From: Dipteris shenzhenensis
Lineage: Eukaryota
Length of the DNA stretch: 64,000 bases
Strand: one strand, 5' to 3'
Assembly (NCBI GenBank): GCA_047967505.1
Contig: CM106538.1
Shown: positions 13,401 through 25,530 of the stretch, piece by piece
How the letters are laid out: each line of letters opens with the position of its first letter
How positions within the stretch are numbered: position 1 is the first letter of the stretch
Program-made: the position numbers and the translations under genes
The notes under the pieces: model-generated
Databases searched by the model: none
Told to the model about the DNA's origin: nothing
Seen by the model: only the letters and a program-made list of their open reading frames with translations

Positions 13401-14850
13401 GGCTCCATGGCACCTGGTTGCACCGGGATCTTCTCCTTAGAAGCACCAAAAGACACGTGTCCTGTCTTCCAATAGCTAACTGCATCACTCTTTCTCAACC
13501 ATGGTCTCCCGAGTATGACTGGGTAACTCCTGCCTGTATCTTCGATGTCCACTACATAGAAATTGACGGTGGTGGTCAACCCATTGACAGTGATGGGAAA
13601 ATCCTCAATGACTCCCAGGGTGGCGAGTTGTCGACCATCTGCTACCTTGATTTGAGTGGAGAAATGCCTTGTGCATTTCAAAGTTAATTTCTTCATGATT
13701 CGGGGCACCATGATATTACATGCAGCTCCCCCATCAACACGCACATTTTTGACATGACAATTATCTATGATGACATCTACTGTATGTGGGTGCCGATCAA
13801 TTTCTTCAGAGATAGAAGAGACCTCTCGTACCTTTCCCTTTTTATTGCTCCTCATTGTTAAGAGCCCTTGCTGTAGCTCACGTCTCACCTTAGTGCTTAA
13901 TGCTATTAGTTGAGGGAGCGTGATGCTCAAAGAACGATGAACAAGGTCCTGAACGACCAAATAGTCTTCTTGCCACAAGCCGATGGAAAAATCTGAGAGC
14001 GACCACTTACTCCTGCGAGATCTTTTAGTATTCTCTGTTGGTGGGTCTGCCATCTCAGCATTTGAGGGCTCTGAGAAGGACACCTTCTTCCTAGGATGGC
14101 CTGGTCCACGGTTCCGAGGTGGTACGACTTCTTTTCTCAAGGTCAAGGATCTCTACATCAGAATCCTCAGTGCCAGATTCACTTAGAAGATTCACCCTAG
14201 GAATATTGGGACATTCCATGTGATAATGACCCTTCTGGTGGCACTCGTAGCATACAACATTAGCACGGTCTCTTGGAGGGCGGTTGGCTTGATTTGTGAT
14301 GCCCACCATCTCAAGTTGAAGATCATTCAGGGCCTTGGCTAGGTCATTAACTCCGGGTTCTTTTGCAGGGGGCCTCTTTAGCTAGAGGGACCGAGGGAGT
14401 AGAAAGGAGGGGGGCTCATGGGCGAGGCTAGGGAAATCTTCGAGGCGGAGGGTGAGAATATACACCTTGTTGGGGGTAAGCATCCAAGGGAGGACCATAC
14501 ATTTGAGGTGGAGGCAGTGGATACATCCCTGATGGGGGGTGGGAGTATGCCCCTGAGTTAGATCCCCCAGGTTGTTGTTGCAAGAATTGAGGGGGTTGCG
14601 GAGGGACAATTGTCTTCTTTGAAGCGCGGTCAGACTGAACTTTATCAAACTTTTGAGCAATCTCATGTGCTAGGACCATAGTTTCTGGATTCTCCCATTT
14701 AATCTTGAGGCGAAATTTGTCACTTGCTCCTGCTACAAGGTAGCCCAACACATGCTGAGTCATTCCAGCTCGAAATTCGGCATTGTCCTCCTGCATGGCA
14801 ATTAAACGGTCCAGGAGCACGGTCGCTCGATCCACATATCGATGCGCCGT
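10455..14850 (-). mobile_element. Ty3/gypsy gag-pol remnant (gag, PR, RT, degenerate RH, IN)
   Basis: CYECHQKGHYHMEC zinc knuckle; protease VDGGAACNIM; RT IMPFGLTNAPATF...VFLDDF; integrase HYHDGFCGGH...CKTCEPC, WGIDFVGP, SDHG; gypsy domain order; several stops and frameshifts; cut at ~14855 by another family's LTR. Confidence 0.93.
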
Positions 14851-14859
14851 CTGCGACTT

Positions 14860-15760
14860 CTATGTGCAAGTTCTAGATGTAGAGAGAGAATGTCTTACAA
14901 TTCCTACATGCAAAGAGAGAAGCTCTCCAACTTGTATAAATACCCCATAATGGAATGAAGCCCACACTCTTTGGGACATTGTGTTGAGTTCTACTTTGGT
15001 ATTCCAAGCAATTGACTCAAGTATCCATGCTTCCTTGCACTCCACATCCAAAAGTATGTCCTAACCTTGCAACTCCTCCCCTCTCCTCCAACCTTGCAAC
15101 CCATCCTCTCCCTCTCCTCCTCCCTCCTCCTCCTCCCTTCTCCTCCTCCCTCTTCCTCCTTCTCCTCCCTCCTCCTCCTCCTCCTCTCTCCTCCTCCCCT
15201 CTCCTCCTCCCTTCTCCTCCTTCCTCCTCCCTCCTCCTCCTCCTCCTCCCTCCTCTCTCTTCTTTCCCCCATGCTCTTACACCTTCTTCCTCTCCCACTC
15301 CTATGCTCCCCCTAAACCCTTAGTTCCTCAACCCTTAATCTCCATGATCTATGAGGGAGATGAGTTCTCCACCATGTACTCTACTCTAAACCTTGGAACC
15401 TCTTCTAAACTCTGGAACCTCCTAAACCTTGGAACCTCCTTCTAAATCTTGGAACCTCCTTCTAAACCCTGAACCTCCCTCTAACCCTTGAACTCCTTCT
15501 AAACCCTGCAACCCCCAATGAAAATGAAAGCCTTCATTACCTCAACCATGATGATACACATTCCTTCTATACATGCGAGTTATATGTTTGCTTACCATAA
15601 TTAAGCCTACATCTCTCACCAGAACATGACTCGAGGTCCTAAGTTACACGTATACTACAAATGATAACTTTGATATATCTGTAGGTGTCAAAAAGCCTCG
15701 AAACCCTGCATACTGAGAATACCTTACTCTTCCTACGAAAGCCGTGGGAAAGAGCCAACA
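14860..15760 (+). mobile_element. 5'-truncated LTR of a gypsy family (family B) followed by a degenerate PBS
   Basis: Homologous to 32320-33258 and 47880-48729; CT-rich tract; ends ...AGCCAACA at 15760; then TGGCATTACTATCGAGGA; leader to ~15935 matches 48730-48892. Confidence 0.85.
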
Positions 15761-15935
15761 TTTGGCATTACTATCGAGGAGACTAGTGTCTCAAGTAACA
15801 AGAAAACATACGTAGGTATGTGTAAAAAAAAACAAACTACTTCGAACTTTCACGAACATAACACTCAAGCATAAGGAAAATAAAAATTTTTCCATTTCTA
15901 GTTAAACATATCAACCCCAAGCATCAACCTTGGGT

Positions 15936-16345
15936 TTATGCTTATGCTTATGCTCAAGCATAAGCATAAGCATAAGCTCATGCTTATGCTCATGCATGAG
16001 CATGAGCTTATGCTTAAGTTTCCGCATAAGCTTATGCTTATGCATGAGCTTATGCGGAAATACAGAATGAGAGAAGCTTATGCGGAAACTCATTCTCTAT
16101 TTCCGCATAAGCTCATTCTCTATTTCCGCATAAGCATAAGCATGAGCTTATGCTCATGCATGAGCATGAGCTTATGCTTAAGTTTCCCCCTCTTATTCTC
16201 TATTTCCTTTCCCTCTTATTCTCTTATGCTTATGCTTCTCTCATTCCCCCTTCTCTCATTCCCCCTCATCTCTTTCCCCCTTCTCTGTTTCCCCCTTCTC
16301 TCATTCTCTATTTCCACATAAGCATAAGCATGAGCTTATTCTCTC
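15936..16345. repeat. Inverted piece of the palindromic ATGCTT/AAGCAT array of the CACTA element
   Basis: Reverse complement of units in 25531-26895. Confidence 0.9.
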
Positions 16346-16530
16346 TAACTCTTATTCTCTATTTCCCTTTTCTTCCTCTTCACTTTCCTTTCCCTCTTCT
16401 TTCCTTTCCATCTTCTTTCCCTCTTTCCTTTCCCTCTTCTTTCTTCTTGCCTATGCCTATGCCTATGCCTATGCCTATGCTTATCTTTGTTTTTTTGTTT
16501 TCTGTTTTCGTGTTTGTGTCTATGTTAGAC

Positions 16531-18078
16531 ATGGGATCACGTCACTCATCCGATGAGTACGGATAGCCTCACAGGAGGAGAGCTCACGATCTATATGCTC
16601 TAAAGGACTTTGATTCCTCTCAGGTGACTACCTCGAGGACTACCCCTGGTCTGACTCCTCTCGGACCTAGCACTATGACTACCCTGGTCCGACTCCTCTT
16701 CCATGTAGCACTGCGACTACCCCTCGGGAAACTCCTTTGCTAGCTGCGCATGGCTTTGTCGGGAGTCCCGACGAGTTTGTAGCACAGATGAGCGATGAGG
16801 AGGCAACGAGATTCTTCTCTCTACTCTCTCAGAGGACCTCAGCAATTCCTTCTCCTACACTGATGGGTGGATGTACTGCCCAGCCATCCCCTCGTGCCCC
16901 TTTGACTACGGGATCATCACCTGTGCACTCTCGCAAGGGAAGGAAGAGTAGGACGGGCGGCTCATGTTGTGCTGACTCGGGAGATGTAGACAAGTCAGCA
17001 CACTCACGCTCATTTAGGTCTCCACTTGGTCCGGAGACACAGTATCAATCAGGTCCCTTTCCCTCTCCTAGTCCCACTGCTACTCCTCGCTCCGGAAGCA
17101 CTCGCACAGCTTCCACTCCTTCAGACTCTACTACCGTCAGTCCCCCTTACTCATCAGGGGATCTCTCCTATCAAATCACATCTGTCGGAGAGATAATAGA
17201 AGATAAAAAGGGCAAAGCAGTGATGGCCGCCATGAGGAGGTTGATGAGTCATCACTTCAAGAGCGGCATAAATACCGATTGGCGGTATCAAGATGCCCAA
17301 AAGAAGCAGGCGGTGATTGATGAGTTAAAACAAAGATACCCTAATCCGCCAAATGTGGAGTTTAATGATGATTATATGCGAGAGCGCATGGGTTTGGTCC
17401 TGAAGCATCGTAGATCAACCTTGCATACTTCCATCACAAAGGGGTTGGCTAAACCTAGCTGGGCAGACAAAGCTGATTGGAAGTACTTCAAGAAGCAACA
17501 TAGGGACCATCCCGAAATGTTCGAGGGTCAAAGGAGGGCTGCGAAGAGACGGCTGGATGTCGTAGGTACCTCGTACTCTGGTGCAGGCGGATGGTATGCA
17601 TTCAAGGCAACCGTAGTAAGTCTACTTCTTCTCATTTAATGTATTGTTCTATTTGTTTTACTTACATATTACATGCACTTTAGCTAACTCTAACGCTCAT
17701 AAATTGGATCCACAGCAAGCTGTGATGGGTCATCTTCCTACAGATGCAGAGACGCGACACGCATTTCGGATAGGAACAAAGCCATGGTTCATTGAGCAAG
17801 AGGCAATGGGAGCAACGGTCGATTGGGCTGAGGTGGCTGCTCGCACGGTATAAGTTTACTCCTACTTGTAATCTCACTTTTTAATTTAAGTTCCAATCTA
17901 ATTTTTGATTTATATGGTTCACTCTTAGGGTCAAAGCTCAAGCGTCCCATCATCGGAGGCGAGCGATCAACAGGGCCAAGGATCAGACGCAGGTAGCGAG
18001 GACGAGGGAGTAGATGCAGGTGTCGAGGACCAAGGAACAGGCCAACAAGACGAAGATGATTCGGATTCGGATGAGTAG
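16531..18078 (+). pseudogene. CACTA accessory gene (TnpA/ORF2-like, Ptta/En/Spm-type by inference); exons ~16531-17615, 17716-17847, 17929-18078
   Basis: 300-aa ORF 16737-17639 with S/P-rich N-terminus, RYPNPPN and SGAGGW motifs; GT-AG introns 17616-17715 and 17848-17928 give an acidic tail ending DEDDSDSDE*; early stop at 16564-16566; homologous to 53290-54725. Confidence 0.7.
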
Positions 18079-18289
18079 TAGTGGTAGTAGCATTTTGTAT
18101 ATCCGCTCGTTTGAGCAATTTTGTATCGCCCTTTCGAAAGGTAATTTAGTTACAAACACTGTTGTATATGTCCGACATGTATATGCATTTGTTACTCATC
18201 ATTTCACAAGAACAATTTTGTATCACCCTGCAAGCAAGGGAAATTTTGTTATAAAAAACTTTCTTTTGTAATTACCAAAAAAAAAAAGA

Positions 18290-18614
18290 ATTAGTGGGGC
18301 TAATCAGGGCCAAAAGGAAGCCCTGTTTAGCCCCACTAACCCTTTTTTTTTACTTTTGTTAATCGTCGCTATATAGCAACGTTTACCAGTGTTGCTATAT
18401 AGTGACGATTAACAGTGTCACTATATAGCGACGTTTGCATTGTTGCTATATAGCGACGTTTGCCAGTGTTGCTATATAGCGATGCTTTATAGCGACGGTC
18501 CTTTTCCGACACTTTTAGCGACACTTATAGCGACGTTTGCGCCCGTGAAAAAAAAAAATTTTAATGTAAAAAGTGTCGGTATTTCCGTCGGAAAATGGCC
18601 TATGCCTTGTAGTG
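18290..18614 (-). mobile_element. CACTA terminal region (original left end, now inverted) with subterminal repeats
   Basis: Minus strand reads CACTACAAGG from 18614; multiple copies of the palindrome GTCGCTATATAGCGAC at 18365-18500. Confidence 0.88.
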
Positions 18615-21108
18615 TGCCAATTGCATACTTCGATCCACCAGTATGAACATGAAAATCAATATCCCAATTGGGAGATATAAGGATGGGTGCTATGATTAGG
18701 TGCCACTTTAAAAGCTCAAAGGCTTGGTTGCACTCTTCAGTCCATAAGAATTCCACTAATAATTTGTAAAGTGGTCTAGCTATCATGGCATACTGCAATA
18801 TAAATCTTCTATAATAGCCAGCATGTCCCATAAAGACCTGTACACCTTTGGAATTTGTAGGAGGCAATTCCATGATGCTTTTGATTTTGTCCATGTCAGT
18901 TGTTGCAATCCCATGTTGAGAGACGATGTGTCCCAAAACAACTCCATGGGTGACCATGAACTGGCATTTTGTTGGATTTAGGGAGATGCCATACTCCCTG
19001 CATTTGATTAGTACTACTTCAAGACATTTGAAGTGGTCTTTTTTGTTTGAATGGATGCACAAATCATCCAAGAACACTTGTAAAAACTTATTCAGAAATG
19101 ACTTGAAATCTGTGAACATGACTCGCTGGAATGTGGCTGGGGCATTACAAAGGCCAAATGGCATGACTCTATATGCAAAAATACCCCATTCTGTACCAAA
19201 TGCTGTTTTTGATTGGTCTTTAGGAGCAATTTGCACTTGGTTACAGCCAGTGAAGCCATCCAAGAAGCTACATATTTTAGAGCTTGCCACCTTTTCCAAC
19301 ACTGTTTCTATTAAGGGTAGGGGATAGTGATCCCTAATTGTGGCGGCATTCACATTTTTTAAGTTTACGCATATTTTGAGCTTCTTGTTGCATTTAGGCA
19401 CAATGACGATGGGTGAAATCCAATCAGTGTGCTCTATCTCGTAGATGAATCTGGCATCTAGGAGTTTTTCCAGTTTGTCATAAAGCATGGTGTCATATTT
19501 AGGATTTGTGCAATAAGGTCCAGATACCTTAGGGTGAGCACCTTCTCTTATAGGTATCGTGTGTACTGCCACGTTTGGTGAAGTTCCTTTCATTTCTTTA
19601 TATGACCATGCTAGGCAATCACGGTATTCCATTAGGAGTGCTTTGAGTGTGGTTTCATCTTCTTGTCGAAGCTGTTTTCCAATGAAAACCAGTTTTTCTT
19701 CCTCCCCTTCAAGGGTGAGGTTTATTGTGCTTGTTTTTCCAGTCCCTCATAGATTGGAGTTTCTCCAATGCTATTAGTTTCTTGAACTTCAGATTCTCTT
19801 ACTGGTCTTGGCATTGCTATTGACGCACTGCCACGTGTAATTCTTAAAGTATTCCGACACATTTCAAAGATTGGCCTCTGATGGTGTTGAACTAGCTTGA
19901 CATGTGCATGTGTACTGGGTGGCATAGTTGCATTTACCAATTGGTTAGGCTCTTCTTGACTTTCTTTTTCTGAAGTCTCTTGATCGAGCTTCATTCGCAC
20001 ATGTGGCTTATATTTCCAAAACTTCTTACGTTGGGAACTGTGGGGTAACTTTTCCACTGGTAAGGTGTTTCCAAGTAAGGGTTCATTTGCTGTGCATACT
20101 CCTTCCAGTCCCTTAGGGGACCATTCAAGAGGCGGTGGTTTTGATTTTGAGGGAGCTGGCTTTGCAAGGTACAATTCGATGATCCTTGTTTGGACTCGTT
20201 CAAATTCATTGAAATGTTCGGCCATGGCTTTTCTATGTTCTCCTCCTTCAGCTTTCTTGCGGGATCTTCTGTTGTTATTCATCTTTGGAGGTTCAACTTT
20301 CGGGAGTTTGACTGCCATTAGGGCATGCAGAATGGCTAAGTCATTATCAAAGATTTGATCTCCAATTTTAGCATTCTCAGCCTCTGTTTCAAGGTCCCAA
20401 GGAAAATCTGAGTCATCATTGGTATGGGTACCTTCTTCAGGTTCATTATCCCACTCAAGGTCAGCCATAAAGAATGGCACCTCTAGATCGATTGGTTCTT
20501 CATGTGTGAGTGGAGGATCTACCTTTAGCACCTTAGCATCAATCTACGAGAAGATGGGGTCTAATGAATGGTAGTTGTCGATGGTTGCCAACGTTTGTAT
20601 CCAGTTATTGGCATTGCTTTGTGAGTCACCCGCTATGGCATGCTGTTGCAAGGGAGCTGATTTGCTTGAGATTCGTGGAAGATGTGTCATCCAATGCTCT
20701 AGGCACAATTGGTTTTATAGCTCTTGTTCCCATATTCACCCTGACTACTGTGTCGTGATTCTGGATTGTCAGTTTATCAGTTCCCCAGTCATGGAGGACT
20801 GATGCTTCCCGTAACCAAGGACATTCCAGTAGATTTGATAGGATTTTTTGGGGAGATCCAAGATTGTGAATTGAAGGGAAAAGCGGACTCCTGCAATCTT
20901 TGTGGACACGCCATTTAGTATTCCCAAGGGTTTAGCCGTAAATCATCGATAAGGTGTATGTTGAAATTAGCCTTTTGCATTGGTGGGAGACCCCATTCTT
21001 CGTAGAGCTCCTTTGATAGCACATTTACACATGCGCCACCATCCACTATGGCTTGGACTTCATTATATGCCTTGTGGATCAAAGGCACAATAATGTTGCA
21101 CATGTCAT

Positions 21109-21459
21109 TGTGAAGATAGTGGGAGAGAGGGAAGGAGTCTCACTTGCAGCTTTCTCACATGCACAATGGGGGAATACACACAAGGTGGAGGCTGAAAACA
21201 GTTTTCCTCTTCTTAGTTGTGAAAGCCAAAAGAACTCAAGTACAAAGAAAATAGAAGAACCCTATATGTGGGTCTCAAACCAAACTCAACTAACTAAGGT
21301 GGCATACTAACTGAGCCACAAACTAGAGTAGATAAGGATAGCTGTCATCCAGCTATTATTCGTGGGCGGTGTACCAACCGCATCTCTAGCTAACAAGTTG
21401 GTGACATAATACACAACGGTCACCCTGGCATATCGCGAGTGGAGCTCGATATCTCAACA
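21109..21459. mobile_element. Solo LTR (351 bp) inserted in the gypsy B gag-protease junction
   Basis: TGTGAAGA...TCTCAACA with perfect 5-bp TSD GTCAT; the empty site is seen in the paralogue at ~52235-52260. Confidence 0.9.
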
Positions 21460-24332
21460 GTCATTCTCTCACCCATCTGCACAGGGATATTTTTGATGTC
21501 ATTTCTAGGTGGAGGGGGATTTGCGAGTTCAATCCATACTTTGAAACTCTCCTAGAGATTGGGACAATTCCGTAGGAGGATTCCGATGGGAATTGACTCA
21601 GGGCAACTCAGAATGCTAGAGAGTGCGGCTCCTTCAAGTTGATGTGGCAGTACATTATGTTGTGGAGTCTATTGTTGGAATAGAGGCTCGAGTATAGTAT
21701 TAATACTTTGTGGGGCCAAGTCATTGGGTCTTGAGCTTGTTTCTTAGCCTCAAATTGAGCTTGTTTCTTAGCCTCAAATTGAGCTTGTTCCTTTTGTACC
21801 CATTATTGAAGTGCCTAAAAATGAGCCTTCTCCACCTCTACATTTGGGTATGGAGCTTCTTTTATTTGAGGCTCGAGAGTTGATGTAAATGAGCTCAGTT
21901 GCTCATTGCTTGGCAAAGGTGGAGGCAGTTGTGCTTTCTTTTTAAGAGGTTGCTTTGGTTGGATTGGAATGTTATGGTCCTTGGTGGCCTCTTTCTATTG
22001 GCATGTAATTACATTTATAGGTTGTGATATTACGCTTGTCGGACCTAGACTTTGATGGTCCACACCAATGATGCCGATTGGGATGTCAAGCTTAACTTCT
22101 GTTTGTTCTGGGCCTTTATTTTTCATGGGACAATCCATACAGGCATGTCCTATGCCACAATCTCTCTAGAGTGGTTGGAAAGTAGCACGGCTACCATGAT
22201 GGGGGCACTCTGTGATCCGATGATTTTTGCCACAATCGTAGCACTTGATTGGTGCTCGATATGTGTTGGGACATACTTGATTTACATAAACTGGTATTAG
22301 ACCCTCTGCACCTTCTACATAGTACACTGGGTACTATGTTTCATACTCAAATGACGAGTCTAATTCCTCAGCTTGTAATTGATGTATTGGAACTGCCTGA
22401 GGAGCTAGATTTGGTGCTCTTGGATATGGTCGTGGACTCAGATTCTTGAGAAGTTGTGGGATTTGTGTTTGAACGGGAACAAGATTTAGCCTCGGAGCTG
22501 AGGGCGCTTGTGCAAGTGCCGGTTGCCTGTACACTAGCATGGGTGCCGCTTGGTATTGTTGAGGTCAAGGCAGGTTGTTGCGCATGTTGAAGATGCAACT
22601 GTTTTCATCATGGTCGTCGACGACACAGATATGGCACCACAACCTTGGTGGTGGATTTTCTTATGTGGTGATCCTAGCTCTTAGGACCGGGCACTCATTT
22701 GCTATATGATTGGCCATACAGTGTGGACACCAGACATTTTCTCGCCGTGGATATGTTTGAGTTGGCGGCTGAGACAAGTGAAGTTTTTGTTCCATGGCCG
22801 GCATCATGTCTTCTTTGAGTTGCATAGTCATGGCCTCTAGGCGATATTCATTTGATGTTTTGGCAGTGGACTTGGATTTGCCTTTTTTTGAGTGCTTATC
22901 TCATGTACTAGATCTGCTGTCATCACTGCTAGTGTCTAAGTTGGTCATGCCATCCTCGATGTCAATGGCTGCCGCATGAGCAGAACTAAACGTTTCATAG
23001 CTGCTTATCTTTTTCAAATCCTTTCGGATTTTCTTTCTTAGTCCTGCAATGAACCATGCCGTGAAGTACTTTGCATCTGGGTGTGGGTCACATTTGGCAA
23101 TTAATCTTTTCATCTTACCCAGGTATGTGCGTACATCTTCTCAACGACCTTGTTTGATCTTGCTTAGTTGGAGAGCGGGATCATCTTGTAGCCTCTCCGT
23201 TTGAAAGTGTCGTTTAAATTTTATTTGAAGTAGGTCCCATGTGGTGCGCTCTTCCACTAGAAGGTCTAGGTTCCATTCAAACACTTCATCAATTAAGGCC
23301 ATGGGAAACCAAGCCACCTTGGTTTCGTGGGATTGCTGCTCGGCATGCTGCATCAAAATGCTAGAGGAAACGGGCTGGATCTCCCCTACCATTGTATTTG
23401 GGAAGTTCCAGTTTTCCCAAGGGATGCCTACCTTGAGTGTTACTATTTCTTTGATTAAAGAAATTGTTAGCCTCTGCATCGAGGTCGATATCCCCATCAT
23501 TGTCGCGATGGCGTCCAGCCATGTTGTGGCGTGGAGGAGGTAAAGGGAGTGATCGAATCTCAGGGGGGGATTCGAGGTAGAGAATTGTCAGGGGTGGTGG
23601 TTGCAGTGGAGTTGTATGCAAATTTGGCAAGCGTTGGAGTCAGAGGCATTGGATGGAACGTAGCTGCATGTAGATTGAGCGAGATTTGCAAAGGGTGTCT
23701 CTGCCGCAAGTGCAGATGTGGATGTAGTTGTGTTGGGAGGGTTAGAGTGGTGTTAGTTTGTGTAGGGACCGTCGTGTTAACAATGTGCCTAAGATTGTCC
23801 TACGTGTGTAGGGAACTATGTCGGTGCAGACGGATCGTTAATCGAACATCACGACGTGAAGATACGAGCAAATTTGTGCGAAACGAGGCCCATATAGGGG
23901 CGTGAATGAGCGAGTGCTAGGGATGCAAAAATAGTTTGAAATAGGCTGGAAAAATAGCCCATAGCATGGTGTTTTCATGTGTGAAATCTGGGTTCAAACG
24001 CGGTCCAGTTTGGGTCCCAAACGGATGAGTTACGAGGGGTTAAAGTAGGGGTAAAATTGGCATTTTGGGGAGGGGTTGTCTTAAGGGTGGTTTGAATGGA
24101 CTTTAAGTCCAACTGAGGGGTTTGAACCAAGATAATTCTAGTTAGATAAACTAACCTATCTCCTCCCGGTTATTGTAACTGGGAGGTTAATCTAACTACT
24201 CTTACTAACTACAGTTAGTTACAAACTGAAGGTTAATTAGACTAACCTAGCTATTAGTAACTAACCTAACTAACTAAGACTAACCTAACCTAGGTTAAAC
24301 TAACCTAAGGTTAAATGAATGGTTAGGTTAGG

Positions 24333-24571
24333 TATATATATATATATATATAAAATAGATTTTTGTTAGGGGGGGAATTCTGTGTTACAGCGGCGAGGGG
24401 GGGTTTGAGCAGCGGCGGGGGGGTGGAGGGTCCAGGGGAGAGGAGGGGAGGATGGAGGGGACGGGAGGGGGGGTGGAGGCTGAGGGCATGGGCAAGCAGG
24501 GCATGGCGCGACGGGCGGGGCGAGGCACGACGGGGCATAGATGGGCGGGGCGAGTGAGGCGCAGGGCGAAG

Positions 24572-24610
<39 letters not shown>

Positions 24611-24650
24611 GGGGAAAAGAGAGAGCAAGAGAGAGAAAGAGAGAGTGGAA

Positions 24651-24704
<54 letters not shown>

Positions 24705-24709
24705 GGAGG

Positions 24710-24756
<47 letters not shown>

Positions 24757-24780
24757 AAGAGAGAGAGAGAGAAAGAAAGA
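24333..24780. repeat. (TA)n and long (GA)n microsatellites with a GC-rich tract between them
   Basis: TA run at 24333-24352; GA runs at 24573-24780. Confidence 0.9.
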
Positions 24781-25224
24781 AGGTCTATGAGACTAAAGAT
24801 AACTGATACAATGAGCATAACGGTGGCGGTCTCAAAATGGGCCAGCCAACCATTTCTACAAAAAAGAGGTTATGAAGGACGGTGTGTCTAGTCCTGATAC
24901 AAAAAATATGTGTCTACTTCCAGATGATACAAAAAAGAAGGGGGGGGCACCAAAAATGTATGGGGCAGAGGGGGGAGATACAATATATATGTGCAGGTGG
25001 TGATCGTCAGAGACCAATCATAGAGGGGCTGTCAAATGGGAGGCCGAAAAAGACCCTGCGATAGATGATTGGCCTTTAACGTCATGCGCCCTAGTCGAGC
25101 TCGGTCATCGGGGGCGGCGGGTGGCACTGTGGATGAGGGCAATGGTAACCCTGGTGGGGCGGGCAGAGAGCAAAGACAAGATTTCATGGACCCGGATGTG
25201 TGAGTTTGTCCGCTGGCGCAGTTG

Positions 25225-25465
25225 TCGTGGGGGGGAAGAGAGAGAGAGAGGGGGGGGATGGGGGGGGGCGGGAGGGGGTGGTGAAGGGGGTGAGGGAGTG
25301 ATGGAGGGGGGGGGGTGGTAGTGGAAGGGGGAAAGGGTGGTGGAGATGGAGGGGGTGGGGGGGGAAATGGAGGGAGGGAGGGGGAAAAGGGGTGGTGGAG
25401 ATGGAGAGGGGTGGGGGGAGGGGAAATGGAGGGAGGGAGGGAGTGATGGAGCAGGGGGAGAAGAA
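25225..25465 (+). repeat. G-rich low-complexity tract (G-quadruplex potential)
   Basis: Dense runs of G3-G10. Confidence 0.75.
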
Positions 25466-25530
25466 AAAAGAAAAAAGAAAAAACTTGATGGACGAAAAAC
25501 TTTGACAAAAAACAAAAAACTTTGACGAAA

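Larger units (their letters stand above)
18615..25530 (-). mobile_element. Gypsy family B internal region (leader, gag, PR, RT, N-terminal RH), inverted
   Basis: gag GKLELPKYNGRGDP and CPHCMANH knuckle; protease IVDGGACVNV; RT VMPFGLCNAPATFQR...FLDD; ends at FHVHTGGSKYAIG exactly at the CACTA terminus; 20870-24350 is the reverse-complement homologue of 49330-52475. Confidence 0.88.

Noticed and set aside
14991-15323. Glu/Arg- or Pro/Ser-rich ORFs (also 24323-25525, 32432-32923, 48010-48439, 61136-61949)
   Set aside because: Translations of CT/GA/C-rich low-complexity DNA that is open in many frames.
15911-16566. MLMLM/HKHK ORFs (also 25575-26576)
   Set aside because: Artefacts of the hexamer array.
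18487-18614. C-terminal extension of the 381-aa RT ORF as a novel fusion
   Set aside because: Read-through into the CACTA terminus past the insertion point at 18615.
24180-24330. Telomere-like TTAGG/CCTAA repeats (also 49330-49620)
   Set aside because: Irregular, mixed orientation and part of the gypsy B leader in both copies; not a TTTAGGG array.
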